A program made the position numbers and the translations under genes. The notes below the pieces were generated by a model. That model had not been told where the DNA came from. It searched no databases and was given only the letters and a program-made list of their open reading frames with translations. A stretch of 45,892 nucleotides of DNA from Synechococcus sp. (lineage in GTDB: Bacteria; Cyanobacteriota; Cyanobacteriia; Thermostichales; PCC-7336): NCBI GenBank assembly GCA_051439605.1, contig JBFRWN010000056.1:1-45892 (forward strand), written 5' to 3'. Below are positions 10,305 to 20,489 of the stretch, piece after piece. Within the stretch, counting starts at the first letter, position 1, and each line of letters starts with the position of its first letter.

Positions 10305-11513
10305 TTATCGCAGCCCCATAGACTCTTCGAACTTTTCTAGAACGACATCGGTCACGATTTGTTCGTAGAGTCGGCAGGCCATTGTTTCCGTCGAGCGAAA
10401 CGTGCCATTTTCCCAATACTTATTGCAAGCAGATCCCCCACCGCAAACCCGAAAGTACTGACAGGATTCTCGGCACTGCGCTACCCCTGCTTGGATGTCA
10501 GCATAAACCTGACGAAACTTTGCTGTCTGGCAAATAGACTCTAAGCTGTCCTTCAGAATATTGCCGAAAACAAATTTGCCGTAGGGCTCCACATCCACTC
10601 CCAAGAGCTCGGGATCGAAAGTTGTGAAGTTCCCGTTCGTATCGAAATTAATCATTTCAAACGGACGCGTTAATCCGCTTCTGAGTTTTTCGCCAGATCC
10701 ATGCAAAATCGTAGCAATGCGTTCGAATTCCCTCAGGCTCAACCGACCCCTCGACTCAGCCACCAAATCCCAGAAACGCCCGATAAATGCCCGAAACTTT
10801 TCCTCAGTTTGCCGAGTGGCTAAAGAGGATGATTTGTGAACCCCCTCCAGCTCTTCAATATTGAACCCAACGTCGGTAATGCCGTTCTCGACAAAGAATT
10901 CAAAAATCTCCTCGGGGTAATCGAGGGAATCTTGGGTTAAGACGCAGATTACAAAAAAATCGATGCCATTCTCGTTTAAGAAATTGACACCGCGCATCAC
11001 ACTGGTATGAGTGCCCAATCCCTTGCGGTTTTTTCGATGGGCATCGTGTAAGAATGCGGGACCATCCAAGCTCAGTCCCACTTCGACGTTATGTTTTAAA
11101 AAGAGTTCGCACCAAGCCTGGTTAATCAAAGTGCCATTGGTTTGCACAGACTGGCGTACGAGACAGTTTCTAAGGTTGTACTCTTGCTCGACTCTAGCAA
11201 TCGCCGCAAATGCTGTTTGGTAAAAAGATCGCGGTACGGCCAAGGGCTCGCCAGCATGCCAACAAATACTGACTTCGGGGCCCAAAAAGCGGCTGGTAAA
11301 AATCTCTTTAAAGATCGGCTCAATCAGGTCGAGATTGAAAACATTCTTTACCGTGCGATCGGGCAGGTAACAGTAATCGCAATCGAGATTGCAAAATGAT
11401 GTTGCTTGAATGATGACGAGGTCGATCGAGCCGTACTCTTCCACCTCTAGTTCTGGTATTCGGCCGTTCGCAGGGGAAGGCTCTACCTCTTTAGCAGGAT
11501 TCTTAGGGGACAA
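10305..11513 (-). CDS. grrM: Cyclophane-forming radical SAM/SPASM peptide maturase GrrM/OscB
   Basis: IQATSFCNLDCDYCYLP (CxxxCxxC), WHAGEP, QTNGTLI, TFDPELL and SPASM CRESCQYFRVCGGG..NKYWENGTF..TETMAC; directly downstream of a Gly-rich precursor. Confidence 0.9.
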   Translation of the reverse strand: MSPKNPAKEVEPSPANGRIPELEVEEYGSIDLVIIQATSFCNLDCDYCYLPDRTVKNVFNLDLIEPIFKEIFTSRFLGPEVSICWHAGEPLAVPRSFYQTAFAAIARVEQEYNLRNCLVRQSVQTNGTLINQAWCELFLKHNVEVGLSLDGPAFLHDAHRKNRKGLGTHTSVMRGVNFLNENGIDFFVICVLTQDSLDYPEEIFEFFVENGITDVGFNIEELEGVHKSSSLATRQTEEKFRAFIGRFWDLVAESRGRLSLREFERIATILHGSGEKLRSGLTRPFEMINFDTNGNFTTFDPELLGVDVEPYGKFVFGNILKDSLESICQTAKFRQVYADIQAGVAQCRESCQYFRVCGGGSACNKYWENGTFRSTETMACRLYEQIVTDVVLEKFEESMGLR

Positions 11514-11521
11514 GACTTACT

Positions 11522-11878
11522 TCACCACCGACGATTCAAAAAGCCACCACCATTGCGGAAGCCATTGCCCCAAGCACCGCCTCGATTGACAAAAGCACCG
11601 CCGCCTCGATTGACAAACCCCCCACCTCCACGACGGTTGAGGAAACTGGCGATCGCCGCTCCTAGACCTTCAGGCTTTATCTCAGAAATCGATTGTTCTG
11701 CAACTTGCTCCCGCTCTTGTAAGGCATCTGCAACTCTAGCAATGCGTTGGTCGACACTGAGGGGGACATCGTCCCCGTCTGTGCCCGTCTGATGGGTTGC
11801 TGCTGCAGATGTAGGAGGGTTGAGAGTCGCAAACGCGAGCAAAATTCCCAAAAGAGTTAGTCTCGATGTTGGCTTCAA
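11522..11878 (-). CDS. grrA: GrrA/OscA-type cyclophane RiPP precursor
   Basis: Hydrophobic leader, DQRIARVADALQERE segment, Gly-rich core with FLN, FVN, FVN, WGN, FRN, FLN aromatic-X-Asn motifs. Confidence 0.88.
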   Translation of the reverse strand: MKPTSRLTLLGILLAFATLNPPTSAAATHQTGTDGDDVPLSVDQRIARVADALQEREQVAEQSISEIKPEGLGAAIASFLNRRGGGGFVNRGGGAFVNRGGAWGNGFRNGGGFLNRRW

Positions 11879-12065
11879 GATAAACCCCTAACCATTCGTA
11901 ATGTTTAGCTTAATATAAGCACCCCGAATGCTAGTTCCTTCATTTCTTCTGCATAATTCAAACAATTATTTGCATATACAGCTTCGTATCCAATACTACA
12001 CAATACGAGCGGTTGGAGTGTTAAATTTTCAGCGAAATTAAGTCGACCGCAGTCATTTCTATTAT

Positions 12066-12341
12066 TCAGCGAGGAAAACTTAATACCGAAAGCCTGAACT
12101 GCCGAAAATCTTCCAGCCTTTTTAAATACCTATACAACTCATTACTACTTTTAACCATCAAAAACGATCCCGCAACGAAGAGCGATATTAAAACTGGAGT
12201 AAAATCGATGCCCCAAGCAATTGCTTTCCGTTGTTTCTGGATAGGCAAGCCTTCAACCATTGAGGTCATGTAAATCGCATGATCGACATTCAAAAGGGTT
12301 ACGAAGAGGCTTTGCCTCAACAAGATTAGAAGTTGAACCAT
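12066..12341 (-). CDS. Small hypothetical membrane protein (possibly a fragment)
   Basis: 91-aa ORF with hydrophobic stretches; no family recognised. Confidence 0.25.
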   Translation of the reverse strand: MVQLLILLRQSLFVTLLNVDHAIYMTSMVEGLPIQKQRKAIAWGIDFTPVLISLFVAGSFLMVKSSNELYRYLKRLEDFRQFRLSVLSFPR

Positions 12342-12567
12342 TCATTTGCCTGCACGGTGCGATCGCCAATTCAATTAGAACTATTGGGAGTAAATAGACT
12401 TACAGTTCAAAATGATATTTGTCGAATCTTGCTTTGAGAGTTTAAAACAAGGTTTATCAGCCTTTCAAATGTTGTAGTCATAAAATGCTTATTTTATCCC
12501 AACCTGAAGCCAGACCTTTGTCTATGACGTCTGTAAATATTCAAGAAGTCTTACCGAAAATAAATAG

Positions 12568-13608
12568 TTATTTCACCTCGATTTCCTTTATGTTAAGAGG
12601 AACCCAGCGAATCCGTAACTGGATTGGTCTTCCTATATATTCGGACAGAAAATCTCCAATTGATTGAATTTCTTCAGTTGTAAAGTCACGCAGTAGAAGT
12701 CCTTCAATTTCTACAAATAGATAGTCTTCTCTCAGATCTACAGAATATGAAATTAGTCTGGCTCCAGCCAGCTCTTCTGGATGCGATCGCCAATATTCAG
12801 TCATTCCCCTTCGAACGCGATTTCGAATTAACAACTCTTGGAACGATCTACCTAGGGGTAGAAAGATAATTGCAGCGAACGCCACCCAGCCGCCTAGACC
12901 CAACACAGCTTTTTTAAGAGAACCGTACCCTTGAACCGCAAAGACTAAACCGCTGCTTAATACTATGGCCACGAGGTTGGTCAAAAATAATAATGTTGCT
13001 CCGTAAGCGATGCCATTGTGATCGACGATCAATCCAATTCCGGGAATGGCATCCTTCCCAAGAGCCAATCCGATGCCGATAACGCTCAGGGGCGGAACGA
13101 GAGCAACGGCGATTGCCACTCCTGCAATACTGCTTGCAATATTTTGTCTGGTATTTACAAACCCTCCTGCGGCACCTGCAGCAATAGCAACCCCCAAGTC
13201 TAAAAGTGTGGGATTGGTTCTCGCAATAACTTCAGAATCTACGACTGTGACGGTTAGTAATTCTGTCAATAGCCAGGCAATAAATATCGTCAAAAAAGCT
13301 CCGTTGGCGATCGAGAACATCGAACGAATTGCCCATTGCCTTCTGCCGGTTACTAAAGCAAACGCTAATGCAACAATAGGATTCATTAATGGTGCCACTA
13401 TCATGGCACCGATGATGATGGCAGCACTGTTGTATAGCAAGCCTAATGTGGCGATGATGCCTGCAAGAGCCAGCATGAAGTAAAAGCCAAAATAAGGACT
13501 TGAAGCAATTTCTAGCGATTGATAGAGTTTTGACTCGGGTAAAGCGGGCTCTACAGAAATATCAAAAAGAGTTCTACAGAGCTGTTTGATAGTGTTAATA
13601 ATATTCAT
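12568..13608 (-). CDS. DUF389 family multi-pass membrane protein
   Basis: IATLGLL.NSAAIIIGAMIVAPLMNPI, ARTNPTLLDLGVA, GVAIAVALVPPL and LLFLTNL motifs. Confidence 0.9.
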   Translation of the reverse strand: MNIINTIKQLCRTLFDISVEPALPESKLYQSLEIASSPYFGFYFMLALAGIIATLGLLYNSAAIIIGAMIVAPLMNPIVALAFALVTGRRQWAIRSMFSIANGAFLTIFIAWLLTELLTVTVVDSEVIARTNPTLLDLGVAIAAGAAGGFVNTRQNIASSIAGVAIAVALVPPLSVIGIGLALGKDAIPGIGLIVDHNGIAYGATLLFLTNLVAIVLSSGLVFAVQGYGSLKKAVLGLGGWVAFAAIIFLPLGRSFQELLIRNRVRRGMTEYWRSHPEELAGARLISYSVDLREDYLFVEIEGLLLRDFTTEEIQSIGDFLSEYIGRPIQLRIRWVPLNIKEIEVK

Positions 13609-13810
13609 AGCGAATTCTCAGTAGAACGGAGTCTATTTCTTGTTTTGTTTCTCGAGTGCCGTTGATTTTATATCGTTGCCTCCCTAATTCACGAGAATGG
13701 ATCGAGATCAATTTTTAAAACAGTTCCATCTTCTTACCGCAAGGATCGGTGATGAGTATCAAGAGATTAGAGCCGAGATCGATGAAACTAGAGAAAATAC
13801 TATCAGTACT

Positions 13811-13949
13811 GATGTACGGTATTCCGTTTGCCGCTGATGCCCCTCTCACCGATGCCCAGTTTGTAGAACTGTGTTGGAGTAATCCTGACATTATTTGCGA
13901 AGTCACCGCCAAAGGGGAATTGGCTGTGACTTCACCTACTGGTGGCTAG
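13811..13949 (+). pseudogene. Uma2-family endonuclease N-terminal remnant
   Basis: LTDAQFVELCWSNPDIICEVTAKGELAVTSPTGG* parallels LTPDQFFDLCRANRDWKLERTAQGDLVVMAPTGG of the neighbouring gene, then stops. Confidence 0.65.
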
Positions 13950-14211
13950 GGCAGCATTCCAGAAAGCCAGTTAGTTCATAGCAAGCAGACACACGCGGCT
14001 ATGTCACTAGTCCTACCGGGCTGCACCTGATGCCAAATGGAGCCTAACGATCTCCCCTCTCCAGAAGGTGTTTCAGCCGGCCCCGTACAGCAACAAGAAT
14101 TGTTTTGACTTCAAAAAAGCAAAACCTAGCGCTTGAAAGTCTCCGATGGCAATGGGAACATACAGCATTTTGCAAGCGCTAAAATGCTACTAGTTTGCGT
14201 CCGGTAAGGCT

Positions 14212-14787
14212 ATGTCGCAATCCACTCTCAGGATGCCCGCTACTGCTCCTCTGACACCAGACCAGTTCTTCGATCTCTGTCGAGCGAACCGGGATTGGAA
14301 ATTAGAACGGACAGCACAAGGAGATCTGGTAGTGATGGCTCCCACAGGAGGTGAGACGGGGGCGCGAAATGCCCGGCTTCTGATGCAGCTAAGTTTGTGG
14401 AACGAACGCTCTCAACTGGGAGTTGTGTATGACTCCTCAACGGGATTTCTGCTGCCAAATGGAGCCGTTCGTTCACCAGATGTTGCATGGGTTAAGCGCG
14501 AACAATGGAATGCGCTCGCAACAGAACAGCGGGAGAAATTTCCTCCCCTTGCCCCCGATTTCGCGATCAAATTGATGTCTCCCAGTGACAATTTGACAGA
14601 GGTACAAGCCAAAATGCAGGAGTATATCGACAATGGCGTGCAGTTGGGTTGGTTATTCGATCGCGAAGCAAAACAGGTTGAAATTTATTGTTCCAGACAA
14701 TCTAAAGAGGTGTTGCAGCAACCCAAAGAACTATTGGGAAGTCCGACTTTGCCGGGGTTTGCGATCGACTTGGATGGATTTTGGTAA
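14212..14787 (+). CDS. Uma2 family (DUF820) endonuclease-fold protein
   Basis: DSSTGFLLPNGAVRSPDVAW, LAPDFAIKLMSPSD, KMQEYIDNGVQLGWL; the usual Glu of the PDF.IE motif appears as Lys. Confidence 0.9.
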   Translation: MSQSTLRMPATAPLTPDQFFDLCRANRDWKLERTAQGDLVVMAPTGGETGARNARLLMQLSLWNERSQLGVVYDSSTGFLLPNGAVRSPDVAWVKREQWNALATEQREKFPPLAPDFAIKLMSPSDNLTEVQAKMQEYIDNGVQLGWLFDREAKQVEIYCSRQSKEVLQQPKELLGSPTLPGFAIDLDGFW

Positions 14788-14847
14788 GGATTTCAGTTAC
14801 AAAGCTGTGATTGCTACTATTGCCATAGTTCAAAAGTGACAGTAGCC

Positions 14848-14910
14848 ATGATTTTTGACATTGAAATAGAGCAGGAAGAAGATGGGCGTTTGATTGCAGA
14901 GATCCCAGAG
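14848..14910 (+). pseudogene. HicB-like antitoxin N-terminal remnant
   Basis: MIFDIEIEQEEDGRLIAEIPE matches the HicB N-terminus, after which similarity is lost. Confidence 0.5.
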
Positions 14911-15262
14911 CCATATGCAATACTTCGGGCAACATCAAGTCGCTATACCCCCTTAGACAAGTAGGTTCATTTAGTTGCGATCTAATGCTTAATGAATAAC
15001 CAAAGGCAAGACTTAGTTCGAAGTTTGCTCTCGCTATCGTCCGGCTGCCCGCGAAGCCCAATCGACAGATACGGGAGCCTCGCATATTGGCTTTCGATTG
15101 GTTCAGAATTTGGCAAAAAGTTGAGCATGATAGGTTCTCAATTGTCCCAGAATAGCCAAGATGCCAATGCCAGGAAGGGCGATCGCCATCACCCCTGAAA
15201 TCTCTTCTCTACAATTAGAACTACAGGCGTGTAATACTCAAAACCCGCAGGGATTCAGTGCA

Positions 15263-15895
15263 ATGGTCCTTTTAAACGATTTGGCAAACCAACTAGCCCT
15301 TGATGACCCCGAGGAACGGCGTGTCTTGAGTCGAGTGTCGTGGACACAGTACGAATCACTGCTAGCAGATTTGGGAGATGCATCTACTTACCGGGTGCAT
15401 TATTTAGATGGGGTGCTAGAAATCTTGGCTCCGAGTCACAACCATGAAAGTGGAAAGACCCAACTGGGCAACTTGCTGGAACTCTATTTTTTAGAGACAG
15501 ACACAGAATATTTCCCCATGGGTTCAACAACCCTGAAACAGCCAGAGCAGCAGGCGGGGGGGGAACCCGACGAAAGCTACTGCATTGGTACCGATAAGGA
15601 ATGTCCCGATTTGGCGATCGAGGTGATTGTGACCAGTGGCAGCATCAATCGCCTGGAGTTGTACCGCCGCCTGGGTGTACGCGAAGTATGGTTCTGGCGA
15701 AAGAATCGCCTCTCCCTTTATTACCGTCGGGAATCCACTAACGCACAGTTTGCCGATAATGCTGGTTACGAACCGATTCAGCGCAGCGAAGTTTTACCCG
15801 ATCTAGATTTGGAATTGCTAACCCGCTGTCTACAAAACCCTAATCCATTAGCGGCTGCGAAAGCATTTCGACAGGGCCTTCGAGTTGAGAGGTGA
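15263..15895 (+). CDS. Uma2 family (DUF820) endonuclease-fold protein
   Basis: VSWTQYE, YLDGVLEI, GSTT, EPDESYC, PDLAIEVIVTSG, LGVREVWFW; ATG 15263 is the likelier start. Confidence 0.9.
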   Translation: MVLLNDLANQLALDDPEERRVLSRVSWTQYESLLADLGDASTYRVHYLDGVLEILAPSHNHESGKTQLGNLLELYFLETDTEYFPMGSTTLKQPEQQAGGEPDESYCIGTDKECPDLAIEVIVTSGSINRLELYRRLGVREVWFWRKNRLSLYYRRESTNAQFADNAGYEPIQRSEVLPDLDLELLTRCLQNPNPLAAAKAFRQGLRVER

Positions 15896-15988
15896 GATTT
15901 ACTCTTTTAGCTGTTGACATTTCAGTTAAGACATTGAGTTCGATAGCCTGGCAGAGATCGGGTTCATCGAATGATATTGACTGAGGAC

Positions 15989-16339
15989 TCATTGCGACAT
16001 CAAGGTAAAAAACTCTCTAATTGCCCCAGTAGCTCCGGTAGGATTGCCGTCACAATACCCCCATAACACCTGTGGATCGACTTGCTCGTAGCGATGGATA
16101 ATCACATTCCGAAGGCCAACAATCTTACGCCAATCAATTTCTAGATGGCTATCTCGAAAATTATCAGAGACCCGGCTAGCAGCCTCACCCAATATCTCAA
16201 AATTTCTTTCAACAGCTCTGCGTACCGTTCGATTGCGTTCGAACTCTGCATAGGTTAGACCATCTGTATCTTCCTGGATTTCTCGGATAGCCTGCCTCAT
16301 ATCCCAGAGTGAAGCCAGATCGCGGTCGTTACCTTGCAT
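15989..16339 (-). CDS. HepT/DUF86 HEPN RNase toxin with probable C-terminal frameshift
   Basis: AVERNFEILGEAA and WRKIVGLRNVIIHRY (RxxxxHxY). The tail is atypical; removing one G from the G5 run at 16058-16062 restores LWGIVTAILPELLGQLESFLP*. Confidence 0.8.
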   Translation of the reverse strand: MQGNDRDLASLWDMRQAIREIQEDTDGLTYAEFERNRTVRRAVERNFEILGEAASRVSDNFRDSHLEIDWRKIVGLRNVIIHRYEQVDPQVLWGYCDGNPTGATGAIREFFTLMSQ

Positions 16340-16667
16340 AGATGACTCGGTGTGTCTTCAAGATTGCCTCTCGTCGGTAAGGATTCAGCAATTCTTTCTT
16401 CTGCAGGAGATCGACAGGCCTTTTGAATAACTTCTCTAGTTCATCTTGCATATCGATTAAATTAAATAATGTCCATCTATGCTCTGTTGTAAAAACGACC
16501 AGGACATCTACATCGCTATCGTCTCGAAAATCATCGCGGAGTACCGATCCAAATAGAGATAATTCGACAATCATCCATTTTGCACAAAAATTCTCAATAT
16601 CGTGCTGAGAGACATGTAACCGATCTCTCAACACGAGTTGTAAATCTGCTTCAAGTTGAATAGCCAT
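16329..16667 (-). CDS. MntA-like minimal nucleotidyltransferase antitoxin
   Basis: LFGSVLRDDFRDDSDVDVLV (GS-x10-DxD) and LFKRPVDL; overlaps the DUF86 start. Confidence 0.88.
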   Translation of the reverse strand: MAIQLEADLQLVLRDRLHVSQHDIENFCAKWMIVELSLFGSVLRDDFRDDSDVDVLVVFTTEHRWTLFNLIDMQDELEKLFKRPVDLLQKKELLNPYRREAILKTHRVIYAR

Positions 16668-16925
16668 ACTTTCAGGCTTATCAATGCGTTCAATCCTCCT
16701 TCAATTATCTAGCCTTCTGGCATATTGTCCAAAAAGTCACCATGCTTTAGGGGCTACTACGAGCTTTCTGAAGAGATTCATCTAGCAGGCATCGTTTTCC
16801 CCTTAGCTGAATAGTCCAGAGTAGTATCCGCTAGCGATCGCCAAGAAGTATTTATTTATATTTCGACACTGCAGTACATTTTTGGCTTGATATCGAGTGA
16901 ACTTTTTTCCAGATTGGAATGCTGC

Positions 16926-18329
16926 TTAAAAGCGATCGCCAGCGGTGAAATGCAAGACAAAGTCTCCATCATCCCCAAAGGCCGGTTCCAATCGAAATAG
17001 CCCTACCACCGTGCGGAAGTGCAATCCCACACCGTAACCCAAGCCTTCGCCATCCTTATCTCTGGCCAGACCCGGTTCGCCAATAACTTCCCCTTGCGTG
17101 CCCAATACATCGCCGTAGTCAACAAACGCCGCCCCATTAAAATCGATGTCGGTACCGAACATCTTGAAAGAAACAATGGGGAATCGGTACTCGGCTGTCA
17201 GTTGAACAAAACTGCTACCCGTACCAATTTCTCCGGTGTCAAACCCCCTGACTGTCCGGCTGTTGCCTAAAGAAAATGCTGCGTAGGGGGCAACATCGTC
17301 GAAGATCGTTCCCCCCTGTGCGTTGAGGATCAAGATGTGGGGTTTTTCCGGGGAACCGAATAACGGAATAAATTGGGAGACATTGGCTGCCAGTTGAGTC
17401 GAAGAGATGTCGGCATCGCCAATAGGAATGGATTGGTCGAAACTAAACCGGATTCGAGTGCCGCGGGTGGGAAAATCGATATCGTCCACGGCATTCCAAA
17501 TGCCCGCCAAGTTGAGGGTGAGCCAAGGGTCCTGGCCGTCGTCACTAACGGTAACTTGATTTCCCAGCTCGTCCTCCGATGCAACTTTGGTAGTGAACAC
17601 CCCAGGTCGAACCGAAACTACGCGGTAGTTGATCGCCGAGGCGATATCTAACTCGTCTGTCACCTCGTGGAAATACTCGAACCCTCCACCCATTTGGGTG
17701 ACGTAAGCGTCCGAACCTCCACGCAGACCGACGTCTTCATCGCCATTTCCAAATGCCCCCGATTGATTGCTTTGATATTGCAAGTTGAGGGCAAAGAACC
17801 CCGGCACGAAATCGGGTGACGTGGTGTAAACCACTTCAGAGGCAAAAGCATTTAGGTCGCCTAAGGTTTCCCATAGCAGGCTGCGTGTGGGGCCAAGTCC
17901 CTGTCGCAAGAAACCCGCGATCGGGAAAAACAGATCTCTTTGTTCGTTGGCCGGTACCGTCTTAATGCGGGTTCCGCCAAATAAGGCATTGGGTTCTCCC
18001 AGGCGGGTTCCAAACCCATAGGAAAAGCCCCAAGGTTTTTCTCGACCCAGTTCGATGCGTACCCGATCGCGGGTGGGGGTCAAATCAAAGGCTGATGGCT
18101 CGGTGGATTCCGCACTGTCGGCAGTGGATTCCCCTTCGCTAGCTTGGCTCAACAGGACATCGCTGTTTCGATGCTTTGGAATTTGACTGGCATAAGTTTC
18201 TGGTCGATCTCCTTGGGGCGTTGACTGCGCCCAAGCACTCGTAACAAAGCAGCCATGAAGTACTATTGCAAGTGCAGAGCCTAGGAATACAAGCAAACAA
18301 TTTGTGGGGGACTGATTCTGAGAACCCAT
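16926..18329 (-). CDS. Omp85/BamA-TamA family outer-membrane beta-barrel, apparently lacking POTRA domains
   Basis: Signal peptide (...TSAWAQ), DFPTRG, FSLG...TVRGF, AEYRFPI, GYGVG and C-terminal GDRF; start codon uncertain. Confidence 0.75.
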   Translation of the reverse strand: MGSQNQSPTNCLLVFLGSALAIVLHGCFVTSAWAQSTPQGDRPETYASQIPKHRNSDVLLSQASEGESTADSAESTEPSAFDLTPTRDRVRIELGREKPWGFSYGFGTRLGEPNALFGGTRIKTVPANEQRDLFFPIAGFLRQGLGPTRSLLWETLGDLNAFASEVVYTTSPDFVPGFFALNLQYQSNQSGAFGNGDEDVGLRGGSDAYVTQMGGGFEYFHEVTDELDIASAINYRVVSVRPGVFTTKVASEDELGNQVTVSDDGQDPWLTLNLAGIWNAVDDIDFPTRGTRIRFSFDQSIPIGDADISSTQLAANVSQFIPLFGSPEKPHILILNAQGGTIFDDVAPYAAFSLGNSRTVRGFDTGEIGTGSSFVQLTAEYRFPIVSFKMFGTDIDFNGAAFVDYGDVLGTQGEVIGEPGLARDKDGEGLGYGVGLHFRTVVGLFRLEPAFGDDGDFVLHFTAGDRF

Positions 18330-18815
18330 GTTAGATCTCTTCATTGACCGTCTCAAAACGTTTTGCTCCGACAGAATGAGTATGCACGTAGTAAATGCGA
18401 TGTGCAATTTGACGATCAACTTATTGCCTAGTGAAATTCAACCGAGGAGGATTCAACAAAATCGGCTTTCAACAGATTAAACCCATTAAGGATTCCTAAT
18501 ATCTCAAAGAAATAGATAGAAGTATATTGCTTGGGGAAGATAGAAATGCATCTTCTATCGTAAGGAAGGTTTTGAAATAACTAAAAAAAGAAGTTAAAAT
18601 GTTTACCTCTAGCTGAAAGATATTGCTCGAGTTTATTACCATCGCTAATCCAATCAAGGCATTCATCTTCAAGGGAATTTCCTAGAAACGGCAACGTTTG
18701 GGAATGGACGCAAGATTGGTATCACATAGGTCGCAACGGCAAATCTCATCAAGTCAATCCTGCGATGAGAACGGTGAAAGCTTCGATCCCAGAGAACCGG
18801 CGGTTCCAAAAAGAC

Positions 18816-20210
18816 TCAAACACCCACAAAGTTATTTGAGGCCGATCGAAGTCCTACCTTCTCCACCCGCACGGGGGTTGTTGGGCCTAAAGTTACCCCT
18901 CTTCTTCCAGGCTGAACTGGATTTCGATTGGCAAGGCGCAGTTCTACTTGTGTCAGGATGATGCCTAAAACAATCTTCATCTCGTACTGGGCTAGGGCCG
19001 CACCAACACACCGACGAATTCCTCCACCAAACGGCATAAATTCGTAGGGTGAAAACCGCCTATCCAAAAACCGCTCTGGACGAAATTGTTGTGGCTGGGG
19101 GTAGAGGTCTTCCCGGTGGTGAATCAGATAAATACAGCCCATCAGCAACATTCCTGGCTCTAGCTGACATCCACAGAGTTCCATAGGCATTTCAACCCTG
19201 CGAGGGAACGTCAACATTGCAACGGGGTGAATCCGCAGCGTCTCGTTACAAACTGCAGTCAGATAAGAAGCCTGAGAAAACTGGCCAGGCTCGTCGGTGG
19301 AGCCGATGGCATCTACCTCTGCCAGCAAACGTTGTTTGACCTCTGGCAAAGAATGAATCCAATATATGGCCCAGGTTAGGGCTGTGGCTGTTGTCTCGTG
19401 ACCGGCCACTAGCAGGGTCATCAACTCATCTCGTAGCTCTACATCTGTGAGTCCGCGACCCCCTTCATCTTTGGCAGCCAACAGTAGAGAGAGAATGTCG
19501 TTCCGGTCGGGATCTGGTTTAGCCCGTCGATCCTTAATTTCGGCCAACAGGAGTTTATCAGTATCCTCGGCCAACCGGCGGATCTTTGCCCCGGGGCTCC
19601 AGTCTCCAAAATCCTGTTGCAGCCACGGGACAAAGATCAACATGGAAGCCAAGGGAGTGTTGGTCATGTCCAAGCGCGTCCCGAGTAACTGGCTCAGTTG
19701 TTCGTATCGTTCACCTTGGTGCAGCCCAAAGACGACCTGCAAAATGACGGCCATCGTAATTTTTTGCATGGCGCTGCGCACGTCAATCGTTTCGTTGGTG
19801 GGCCATTGGGCAATAACCTCTTGAGCGATCGATTGAATCATCTTGCCGTAGACATGCAGGCGTTCTCCGTGAAAAGGAGGCATGACCAATTGCCGGCGCT
19901 GTCGGTGCTGATTTCCACCCAGCATGATTAAGTTATGCCGTCCAAGCAGAGACTCCAGCAAATAATTGACATCTCCTGGTGCGGAAAATTCACGGCCTGA
20001 ATCGTGGGTCAGCATATACTGAACCGCTTTTGGCTCGTTCACAAACGTTAGCGGTCCAATACTGTCCCATGACACGTAAGCAGTGAAGATATCCCCGTAG
20101 TGCTTAAAGTTTTCTTTCATGAATCCCACCGGATCGAGAATCCAATGGATTGTTTGGAGCAGCGTTGGAGAGCTGGAAACAGGAACCGGGTTCGCAAGGT
20201 TGGTTTTCAT
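18816..20210 (-). CDS. Cytochrome P450 (CYP110-like)
   Basis: AGHETT I-helix, ETLR (ExxR), FRPERF and PFGGGIRRCVG heme motif. Confidence 0.93.
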   Translation of the reverse strand: MKTNLANPVPVSSSPTLLQTIHWILDPVGFMKENFKHYGDIFTAYVSWDSIGPLTFVNEPKAVQYMLTHDSGREFSAPGDVNYLLESLLGRHNLIMLGGNQHRQRRQLVMPPFHGERLHVYGKMIQSIAQEVIAQWPTNETIDVRSAMQKITMAVILQVVFGLHQGERYEQLSQLLGTRLDMTNTPLASMLIFVPWLQQDFGDWSPGAKIRRLAEDTDKLLLAEIKDRRAKPDPDRNDILSLLLAAKDEGGRGLTDVELRDELMTLLVAGHETTATALTWAIYWIHSLPEVKQRLLAEVDAIGSTDEPGQFSQASYLTAVCNETLRIHPVAMLTFPRRVEMPMELCGCQLEPGMLLMGCIYLIHHREDLYPQPQQFRPERFLDRRFSPYEFMPFGGGIRRCVGAALAQYEMKIVLGIILTQVELRLANRNPVQPGRRGVTLGPTTPVRVEKVGLRSASNNFVGV

Positions 20211-20489
20211 GAGTGAGGTTGGAATGCCTCCATGCGCTACTGCTTCTATAGTGCAACCAGATTGAGATTTGTTAGAAATATTGTCGCGGGTCGTCTCGAA
20301 CATTATCGTTCGGGAAAACTTCGCCCGCGATCGCTAAACTATTCAACGACAGTCAGCTCTGTGCAGCACGATCGAAGACTGAAACTGAGGTCGCTCGTAA
20401 ATGGCCCAAAGTATTGCCATTTATTAAGGTCTTTGTTCTCTTCGATAAAATGGATCTGCCCCATCTCTTTTCACACACCTTCGTGCCTC

